Source: Clostridia bacterium (lineage in GTDB: Bacteria > Bacillota > Clostridia > Christensenellales > Borkfalkiaceae). Taken from it: a DNA stretch of 64,000 bases. Of the stretch, positions 56,555-64,000 are shown piece by piece. The stretch lies in assembly GCA_017456665.1 (NCBI GenBank), contig JAFTIY010000018.1:8887-72886 (forward strand), in the 5' to 3' direction. Position numbers and translations under genes: made by a program. Positions within the stretch are counted from its first letter, which is position 1, and the number at the start of each line of letters is the position of its first letter. The notes beneath the pieces were generated by a model, which was given only the letters and a program-made list of their open reading frames with translations, made no database searches and was not told the DNA's origin.

Positions 56555-59500
56555 ATGAAGGTATTTACAGCACCCGCTACTTGTATGTTGCCGCAAATAG
56601 TTGCCAAGCAGGTAGAGGGTAATCCCTTGCAAAACAGAATAATCTTTTGCGAAGATAAGTTTACCTTAGCAATAGAATTGGCCGTAGCCAAACACTTGGG
56701 CGGCACTTTTTGCACGCACGTTTTTTCATTTAACCGCTTTATGCATAAGTACTTGCCAAAGCAAGAAAAGGTGCTTTCTCCCGAAGGGTGCTCCCTTTTA
56801 GTAAAGAGCGTTTTGTTGCAACTTAAAAAGCAGCTTATCTGCTTTAAAAACGTATACGATCCAAACCTCGCAAGTACCGTTTACGAGCTTATAGCCCAAC
56901 TTAAGAGTGCAAAGGTTACTCCTAACGATATATATACTGCATACCAAGCTTCTAGCGGAAATTTAAAAAATAAGCTTCACGACATTCACCTTATTTTTGC
57001 CCAGTACGAGCAGTATATTGCTAGCAATAGTTTAACGGACGGAAATAACAGATTATATGCGCTTCCCGCATTTTTTGAAGCAGATGAAAACATAAAAAAT
57101 ACCGACGTTATAGTTGCGGGGTTTTCTTCTCTAAATAGAACCCTATGCGAAATTTTTAAATCACTTTATAAAAATGCTAAAAGTTTATCCTTCGTGGTGG
57201 TTGCGGGTGACAACGGTGGGGTTTATACCAACGAGATATATAATTTCGTTACCCGTGAGTTTGATGTTGAAAGTGTAATTAAACAAGATTGCTTTTACGA
57301 AAGAGAGGGGCTTTTAAAGGGACTATTCAATCCCGCAGTTAAAAGCGCAGATGGAAAATATAGCTCTAAAATACATCTTTATAGGGCTAAAACGGCTGAA
57401 GAAGAAATTATCCACGTTGCTCAACTTATAAAAACGGGTGTAATGCACGGAGCAAGATACAACGATTATTCAGTTTGCGCCGAAAATATTAGTGGGTACG
57501 AGCTTTTGCTTCGCCGAGTTTTTGGCGATTATCAAATACCTTTGTTCGTAGACGTAACTAAAAACTTGGGCAAGCATCCGTTAACCCGCTTGGTTTTAAG
57601 CTATTTAGATTTGGTAAGGCGTAATTTTGATAGCGCCGATCTTTTGGCCTTTGTTAAAAATCCGCTGTTCGAGCCCAATAAAAATTTTAGCGACGCATTT
57701 GAAAACTATTTTATTAAGTTTGCAATAAACAGAAAAACGGTGCAACAGCCATTTATTTATCCCGACGAAAATTTGCCTATTTACGAAGATATTCGCAAAA
57801 AGGCGGTTGACGTTTGCTCTTTTATGCCTAAAAATCCCACCTTTTTACAGGCAGTAGATGCTATAAATAAAATGCTCGAGGCTGTTAACGCATATCAAAA
57901 TTTAGAGCAGGTAGGGCAAAGGCTTTACGATATCGGTCAAGAGGAGTTATTTTCGCTAAACGGTCAAACGGTAGAAAAGTTTAGCGGAGTATTATCAGAC
58001 GCAGTAAATTTATTAGGCGAAAAAGTTTTGCCTTTAAGCGAGGTAAAAAATATAATTTTTTCGGGCATGACCGCTTGTAAGGTAAGCCTTATTCCCGAAT
58101 ATAGCGACAGCGTTTTTGCTGGTGATTTTCGCGCTGTAAAATACGAGGGTGCAAAAAACGTTTTTGCAATTGGTTTAAACGACGGCGTGCCTGCATGTAA
58201 GTTAGATAGCGCTCTGCTTTGCGATCGCGATATAGCAAAAATGGAAAAGGCCGCCGTTTTGGTAGAGCCTAAAATTAAAGAGGTTAACCGCCGCTCTAGA
58301 GAAACTTGCTGTATGGCTTTAGCTAGTTTTACCGACCACTTATATCTTTCGTATTCGGTTAAAAACGAAAGTGGAGCAGAGGCTACACAGTCAGAAATTT
58401 TTGACTACGTTACCGCAATTTTTAGCCAAAACGGTTCAAAAGGTAGGGTAACGCGCATATACGACAGGGATGATTACGACGCGCTTTCTCAGCAGGTAGA
58501 AAAGAGTAGGCAAAACGCATACGCTGCGCGCGAGTACTTAAGCTCGCGCAGTGCTTTTTTTGCTTTTGCGGGCGGAATAAGTAATTATAAAGAGGGTATT
58601 AAAAAGGATTTTTCTACTCCGTCGGCATACTATAAGGCGGTTGAGGGTAGTTGCGACTACGACGTTGCAAGCAGTATATTAACGGGTGCAAATTCACAAA
58701 TAGGCTATTATACCGAGGGCGTAAACTATGCCGGGGGCGGGCTTTCGGCTACCGCAATCGAAGGGTATTTTTCATGCCCTTACAAAAACTTTTTATCGCG
58801 CGGGGTTAAGCTCAACGAGCGTGAACAGTCGTCTATTAAAGCTAACGACTTGGGCACGATGGTTCACACCGTTGCAGAAGCATTCGTTAAAAAAGTAGAT
58901 TGGTCTGCTTCTGCTAGTCAAGCCGAAATTTTGGCAAAACGCATATTTGAGGAAGTGTCGGCCCTTCCCGAATACGCCCGCTATAAGCAAAGCGAGGGCG
59001 GAAGGCGTGCTTTTAGCTATATTGGTGCCGAATGCGTAAACTTTTGTATATATTTATACGATAGCTGTAAAAACAGTTGTTTAAAGCCCCGTCATCTCGA
59101 GGTTTCTTTTGGTATGGGTGGATATCCGGCCATTTCCGTTCAAACGCGTGCGGGTAAAATGAGCGTTCGCGGTAAGGTTGATAGGGTAGACGTAGATAAC
59201 GACTGCATGCGCATAATAGACTATAAAACGGGCTCAGTTACCACTGGTAAAGATGAGGAGCTTTTTTATACCGGCAATAAATTACAGCTTTATCTATACG
59301 CAAAAGCCTTTTCGGCAAAATATAAGCCACTTGGCTTGTATTATTTTCCTATAACGGCAGATTTTTCAACGGATGAAAATCCAAACGTTATGCAATTAAA
59401 GGGAAAAACTATAGCCGACGTTGAGCGTGCTTCGCTTATAGATAATACCATTTCGGCTCAATCGGTAAAGGGTACTTATATCGATTGCAATCTAAAAATG

Positions 59501-59803
59501 GGAAAGGACGGAAGTTTTACTTACGGCCAAAAGCTTTTAAACGATCAAGAGTTTGAAAAATTTATGGATTACGCAAAGCTTATTGCGGGCGAAGGGCTTT
59601 CTGAAATTAGCGAAGGGGTTATTATTCCATCTCCCTACGATAACAGTTGCGATTATTGCAAATATATGGGTATTTGCGGATACGACGGCTCGCTAGACGG
59701 GCGTACCCGTTCATTTGAAAGGGTAGATAAGAGTGCTATTTTGCGCGCGCTTGATCCTATGATTGAACAAAAAGATGTAAATAACGAAGGGGAGGATGAG
59801 TAG
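56555..59803 (+). CDS. addB: ATP-dependent helicase/deoxyribonuclease subunit B
   Basis: About 1080 aa. C-terminal RecB-type nuclease (IIDYKTG) and an Fe-S cysteine cluster (CDYCKYMGICG). Overlaps addA. Start is either ATG 56555 or TTG 56540. Confidence 0.85.
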   Translation: MKVFTAPATCMLPQIVAKQVEGNPLQNRIIFCEDKFTLAIELAVAKHLGGTFCTHVFSFNRFMHKYLPKQEKVLSPEGCSLLVKSVLLQLKKQLICFKNVYDPNLASTVYELIAQLKSAKVTPNDIYTAYQASSGNLKNKLHDIHLIFAQYEQYIASNSLTDGNNRLYALPAFFEADENIKNTDVIVAGFSSLNRTLCEIFKSLYKNAKSLSFVVVAGDNGGVYTNEIYNFVTREFDVESVIKQDCFYEREGLLKGLFNPAVKSADGKYSSKIHLYRAKTAEEEIIHVAQLIKTGVMHGARYNDYSVCAENISGYELLLRRVFGDYQIPLFVDVTKNLGKHPLTRLVLSYLDLVRRNFDSADLLAFVKNPLFEPNKNFSDAFENYFIKFAINRKTVQQPFIYPDENLPIYEDIRKKAVDVCSFMPKNPTFLQAVDAINKMLEAVNAYQNLEQVGQRLYDIGQEELFSLNGQTVEKFSGVLSDAVNLLGEKVLPLSEVKNIIFSGMTACKVSLIPEYSDSVFAGDFRAVKYEGAKNVFAIGLNDGVPACKLDSALLCDRDIAKMEKAAVLVEPKIKEVNRRSRETCCMALASFTDHLYLSYSVKNESGAEATQSEIFDYVTAIFSQNGSKGRVTRIYDRDDYDALSQQVEKSRQNAYAAREYLSSRSAFFAFAGGISNYKEGIKKDFSTPSAYYKAVEGSCDYDVASSILTGANSQIGYYTEGVNYAGGGLSATAIEGYFSCPYKNFLSRGVKLNEREQSSIKANDLGTMVHTVAEAFVKKVDWSASASQAEILAKRIFEEVSALPEYARYKQSEGGRRAFSYIGAECVNFCIYLYDSCKNSCLKPRHLEVSFGMGGYPAISVQTRAGKMSVRGKVDRVDVDNDCMRIIDYKTGSVTTGKDEELFYTGNKLQLYLYAKAFSAKYKPLGLYYFPITADFSTDENPNVMQLKGKTIADVERASLIDNTISAQSVKGTYIDCNLKMGKDGSFTYGQKLLNDQEFEKFMDYAKLIAGEGLSEISEGVIIPSPYDNSCDYCKYMGICGYDGSLDGRTRSFERVDKSAILRALDPMIEQKDVNNEGEDE

Positions 59804-62800
59804 TATGGCGCTTACGGTAGAGCAAAAAAGAGCAATACAATTAAACGAAGGCAACATACTCGTTTCGGCTTCGGCTGGGAGCGGAAAAACCTTCGTTATG
59901 ATAGAGAGAGTTGCAAGGCTTTTGCTCGAGGGCAAAGCCAACGTAGACGAGCTTTTGTGCGTTACCTTTACCGTTTTAGCGGCTAAAGAAATGAAGCAAA
60001 AGCTTGCTAAAAAACTTACCGATGAGTTAAAAAACGGCGGTGATAAACAGCTTATAGAAAGGCAGTTAGATCTTTTGCCTATAAGTAATATTTCTACTAT
60101 TCACTCGTTTTGCAATAGACTGTTAACCGAATATTTTTACGAGGTAGGTCTTGACCCCGCTTTTAAAATTTTAGATGATAAAGAGAGTGAAATATTAGCT
60201 AATCGCGCTATAGACCGACTTTTTGAAGATTTATACGAAAAGAACGATAGCAATTTAAACACATTGTTGCCATACTTTTTTAAATATAGAAGTGATAAAT
60301 ATTTAAAAAGTACTATAATGGATCTTTACTTTTCGTTTATATCTGAGGCTAGTCCGTTTGATATTTTAAAAAATAACGAGTTTTACTACTCCAAAGAGGG
60401 AGTTGATAAAATTTACGCCTATTATTTAAGCTATTTTAAAAATCAGGCGCAGGGAATTTTAAACGAGATTGAAAAGATAGAAGAAAGGGTAAGCGATTAT
60501 CAAAAATTATATGAATATATATGCGTATTAAGAGGGCATTTAAACAAAATTATAAAATGCACCTCTGCCGATGAGCTTGCAGTTTTTACCAAAGCGGATT
60601 TGCCTCGTAAGCCGAATAAACCCAAAACAGACGACCCGTTTGCAATAGAGGTAGATAACGAGGTAAAGGCCGTTAAAGAGCTTATAGACGCACTTTATAA
60701 AGAAAAAGAGAGTAAGGTTTTTGTTAATTCATATCAAACCGAGGTTAAATGGGCTGAAGAAATGCTGCCCGTTTATAAGGCGCTTTGCGCTTTAATTGAA
60801 GAGTTTTCGTTGCGCTTTGAAAAGGAAAAGCGAGAGGAAAATGGGGTTGATTATTCAGACCTTGAGCATCTTACTCTAAAGCTTTTGCAAAACGAGCAAA
60901 TAAGAAGTGAAATTAAGGGTAGATTTAAATATATTTTTACCGATGAATATCAAGACACGAGCGGCGTTCAAGAGAGTATTTTAACCGCAATAGCTAGCGA
61001 TAACTTATTTATGGTTGGCGATCCCAAACAGAGTATATACGATTTTAGAGGGTGCAACCCGGGCATCTTCTCGAAAAAATTTGCCCTTTACGAAAAAGGC
61101 TTGGGTGGAACGGCAATTAGTCTTGACAAAAACTTTAGAAGCACTAAAACGGTTATTGCAAGCGTAAACAACCTATTTAAAGAGATAATGACTATTGATT
61201 GCGGAAAGGTTGATTATGCAAAATATCCTATGGTGGCGCAAGCTGAATACCCTGAAGACGAGGGTGAGTGCAAAATGCTTTTAACTTTAAAGAGCAAGGC
61301 CGAAAACGCTTTTCCGCAAGGGGTATATTCAGTCGTTAAACATTTAAAGCTTTTGGGCGAAAATAAATGTTTTGAAGAGGGCAGGCAAATTGCCGAGCTC
61401 ATTAGCAAAATTTACGGCACGAGTTATTATTGCATTAAGGAAAAAAGATGGAAGAGTGTTGATTACGGCGATATAGTAATTTTATTGCGCAGTGCAAACG
61501 CCGATTGCGATAAATACGCTCAAGAACTTATTAGGGCGGGTATTCCCGTTTCGGCAAACTCTAAAAGAAGTATAGCTGAATACGCAGAAATTGCGCTCGC
61601 CGTTAATATTTTACAGCTTATTGATTGTTACAACCAAGATATTGCTCTCGCAGCGGTGCTTAAAAGCCCGATAGGCAATTTAACCGATAGCGATTTTATG
61701 CAAATAAGAAGGGCTTATGCAAAGGGTACGTTTGTAGAAATTACCGAAAAATACGCACTCGAATACGATGATGAAATAAGTAAAAAACTGCATGCGTTTA
61801 AAAAATATTTCGACGATATACGGCTTATTGCGGAGTTTATTCCGTGCGATGAACTTCTTGCAAAAATCGTTCGCGATAAGGGCATAGATATAAGCTTGCT
61901 TTCGTCGCGTATGGGCAAGGTTAAGCTAGCAAGGCTAAATAGGTTTATTCAAGCAGCGGGCGCAAAAAAGCAAACCGCCAGCGAGTTTTTGCAGGGAATA
62001 GATAAAACCTTGCAGTCTATAACGGTTAGCTTTGCAGATCAAAACGCCGTTAAAATTATGAGCATTCACGCTTCAAAGGGGCTTGAATTTTCCATCGTAA
62101 TAATGGGTGGAATAAATAAAAAATTTATAAACGCCGATTATTCGGGAGAGATTATATCCGATCGCTCATTCGGCATAGCTTTAAGTCATAAGGATCTTGA
62201 AAGCAGAAGGGTAAATAAAAACATCTTTTTAAGATACGCCTCTCGCATTAACAAAAATAAAATGCTTGAGGGCGAAATGAACCTTTTATACGTGGCGATG
62301 ACTCGAGCTAAAAACAACTTGTATTTAATTGGCGAATTTGCAAGCGAAAAATCAATGCAATTAAAACCAAATCATTTGTTTAACGACGTTTATGGAGCTT
62401 CTGGCTTTTTTGCGATGTTCGCTCAAAGCGATATGCCTTGCGAAATTTGCAGTAGCGAGCAAAATAAAGGCTTTGTTGAACAAGAGGTAAGGCAGGTAAT
62501 AGTAAGCAAGCCAGATCCCGAACTCGTTTCGCTCATTAAAAACAATTTGCAGTTTGAATATGGGTATCAAAATCAAGTTAATCTTTCGGTAAAGCGTTCG
62601 GTTACCTCGGCTGCGCATTACGATGAGCAAGAGGGTATAACCTACGAAAAAAGCGCAATTTACGGCGAATCAGATAGCGATATAGGTAATGCTTATCACC
62701 GCTTTTTAGAGTTGTGCGATTTTTCGCGCGATGCCGAAAGTGAGTTTAATCGACTTATAGGCGGCCTTTTGCTTACTGAAGATGAGGTAAAATTAATAGA

Positions 62801-63167
62801 AAAACAAAAAATTGAGCGAATTTTTGCTTTGAGTATTTTTAAAGAGCTAAACGGGTTTACGCTGTACAAGGAGCAACCGTTTACCTGTTATATGCCCGCA
62901 CGCATAGTTGAGGGCGATAACAAAGAGGGCGAAATATTAGTTCAAGGAATTATCGACCTTTTGGCAATAAAGGGCAACGAAGCAATTATTATCGATTACA
63001 AGCACAGCAAAATTAAAGATGACCAAATGCTTATAAAAAGGTATCAAAAACAGCTTGAGCTTTATGCTTATGCTGTGCAAAAAGTGCTTGATAAACGTGT
63101 TATAGGCGCATATCTTGTTAATTTATATAGTGCAAAGGTTATAAAAACACAGCTTAACAACGTTTAA
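59796..63167 (+). CDS. addA: ATP-dependent helicase/nuclease subunit A
   Basis: UvrD-type motifs ASAGSGKT, TDEYQDT and VMTRAK-like YVAMTRAK; C-terminal nuclease IIDYKHS. Confidence 0.9.
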   Translation: MSSMALTVEQKRAIQLNEGNILVSASAGSGKTFVMIERVARLLLEGKANVDELLCVTFTVLAAKEMKQKLAKKLTDELKNGGDKQLIERQLDLLPISNISTIHSFCNRLLTEYFYEVGLDPAFKILDDKESEILANRAIDRLFEDLYEKNDSNLNTLLPYFFKYRSDKYLKSTIMDLYFSFISEASPFDILKNNEFYYSKEGVDKIYAYYLSYFKNQAQGILNEIEKIEERVSDYQKLYEYICVLRGHLNKIIKCTSADELAVFTKADLPRKPNKPKTDDPFAIEVDNEVKAVKELIDALYKEKESKVFVNSYQTEVKWAEEMLPVYKALCALIEEFSLRFEKEKREENGVDYSDLEHLTLKLLQNEQIRSEIKGRFKYIFTDEYQDTSGVQESILTAIASDNLFMVGDPKQSIYDFRGCNPGIFSKKFALYEKGLGGTAISLDKNFRSTKTVIASVNNLFKEIMTIDCGKVDYAKYPMVAQAEYPEDEGECKMLLTLKSKAENAFPQGVYSVVKHLKLLGENKCFEEGRQIAELISKIYGTSYYCIKEKRWKSVDYGDIVILLRSANADCDKYAQELIRAGIPVSANSKRSIAEYAEIALAVNILQLIDCYNQDIALAAVLKSPIGNLTDSDFMQIRRAYAKGTFVEITEKYALEYDDEISKKLHAFKKYFDDIRLIAEFIPCDELLAKIVRDKGIDISLLSSRMGKVKLARLNRFIQAAGAKKQTASEFLQGIDKTLQSITVSFADQNAVKIMSIHASKGLEFSIVIMGGINKKFINADYSGEIISDRSFGIALSHKDLESRRVNKNIFLRYASRINKNKMLEGEMNLLYVAMTRAKNNLYLIGEFASEKSMQLKPNHLFNDVYGASGFFAMFAQSDMPCEICSSEQNKGFVEQEVRQVIVSKPDPELVSLIKNNLQFEYGYQNQVNLSVKRSVTSAAHYDEQEGITYEKSAIYGESDSDIGNAYHRFLELCDFSRDAESEFNRLIGGLLLTEDEVKLIEKQKIERIFALSIFKELNGFTLYKEQPFTCYMPARIVEGDNKEGEILVQGIIDLLAIKGNEAIIIDYKHSKIKDDQMLIKRYQKQLELYAYAVQKVLDKRVIGAYLVNLYSAKVIKTQLNNV

Positions 63168-63208
63168 AAAATAAAAATAGCGGGCATAATTACCACGAGG
63201 TGTTTTTT

Positions 63209-63934
63209 ATGTCTGCTTTTTATTTTGCTGTTTATAATATTTTAATAAAAATTGCTGCAAGCGGATTACTTAGTAAGCTTTCGCTTATAAATTTTACTAT
63301 TGCATTAACAATAGGTACGGTTTATCTATTTATATGCGTGCTGGTAAAAAAAGTAAGAGAGAAAAATTGCGTTTGGTGTTTTTATTGCTTTGCAAGCGTA
63401 TATATTAGTGACCTTACCTTATGTTATTTACAGTATAAGTTTTTTGGTGGTATTTATCAAAGCATAACCAAAGTTTTGCTGTTATGCACGACGCGTTATA
63501 TGCTGTTAATCGCGTTATACGCGGCCATTTTGCTTGTTTGCAAGCTTTTTGATTTTAAAATTCAGTTGCAAAACAAAGGCATTTGCAGCAGTTTTTCTGC
63601 CGACAAAACCGAAGAAAAAAAGCAGGTCATACGCCTTAAAGAAAGCGTTTGCTCTAAAAACGGAGTAGAGTGCCCGCTATCCATTGATTTAATAGGTAAG
63701 GTTATGGAGCAAAAGCGCACCGTTCACCCGTGCGACGTAAATCTTTCTTACGTTAAAGGTGTGTTAAATGCTCTTAACCAAAAGAATTTAACGCAAGAAG
63801 AGCGTGAATTTACCTCTGACTTAAATTTTATTCTTTCATCTAGTATTCCGGCAGGTGGAGAAGAGCAAAGGGATTTGAATAAAAAGCTTTGTGTTTTAAT
63901 AAAAAAAATAACTGAATACCAAGTTGATATATAG
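63209..63934 (+). CDS. hypothetical membrane protein (hydrophobic N-terminal half, soluble C-terminal half)
   Basis: 241-aa ORF from ATG 63209. It carries an in-frame REP-like core at 63505-63522. Confidence 0.45.
   Translation: MSAFYFAVYNILIKIAASGLLSKLSLINFTIALTIGTVYLFICVLVKKVREKNCVWCFYCFASVYISDLTLCYLQYKFFGGIYQSITKVLLLCTTRYMLLIALYAAILLVCKLFDFKIQLQNKGICSSFSADKTEEKKQVIRLKESVCSKNGVECPLSIDLIGKVMEQKRTVHPCDVNLSYVKGVLNALNQKNLTQEEREFTSDLNFILSSSIPAGGEEQRDLNKKLCVLIKKITEYQVDI
63500..63531 (+). repeat. REP-like core inside a predicted coding region
   Basis: atgctGTTAATCGCGTTATACGCggccatttt, encoding ..MLLIALYAAIL.. Confidence 0.7.
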
Positions 63935-64000
63935 CTAAAAACAAGCAAAAAGGTTTGCGCATAAACTGTTTATATGGTATAATATAAAAGATAAAATAGG

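Overview
This looks like a 64-kb chromosomal segment of an AT-rich, Clostridia-like Firmicute. That placement rests on gene content (Bcd-EtfBA, AddAB, a minimal Rrf2-NifS-NifU cluster) and on repeated TTGACA-17-TATAAT promoters and GGAGG ribosome-binding sites. I support about 59 coding regions. They include: (a) a TetR-controlled butyrate/beta-oxidation-like operon (MaoC dehydratase, bcd, etfBA, thiolase, SDR reductase, KAS-III-like) continuing into a Liv-type ABC transporter, a CoA-transferase and two alpha/beta hydrolases; (b) coaX, a 5'-3' exonuclease and a nucleoside phosphorylase; (c) a small island of poorly characterised genes (MORN-repeat protein, two tiny minus-strand ORFs, NERD-plus-P-loop NTPase, VanW); (d) ppa, a lysine-riboswitch-controlled amino-acid ABC transporter, Rrf2-nifS-nifU, deoC-deoD-deoB-cdd, secA, prfB with its programmed +1 frameshift, tsaD, udk, mntP, a MATE pump, a two-component system, a second amino-acid ABC transporter and addBA. 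I found no rRNA, tRNA, CRISPR array, transposase or integrase. Two signals are not explained by the genes. First, a very dense family of about 35-bp hairpin repeats has at least 23 copies and sits in almost every intergenic gap, including inside operons. Each copy has complementary AAAAGTG/CACTTTT arms around a conserved, non-palindromic 18-nt core (GTTAATCGCGTTATAGSC). Second, a roughly 400-bp hairpin-packed foldback region at 25496-25889 is built from GATGAAATC/GATTTCATC units; it could be a large structured RNA or a MITE-like element. Other observations: an identical 21-bp palindromic operator at the same offset in two unlinked promoters; a 218-aa coiled-coil extension on the LivG-like ATPase; 103-bp direct repeats; and a candidate nuclease-NTPase defence gene. 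All calls come from reading the sequence and remembered family motifs. No database search was run, so product names are provisional.
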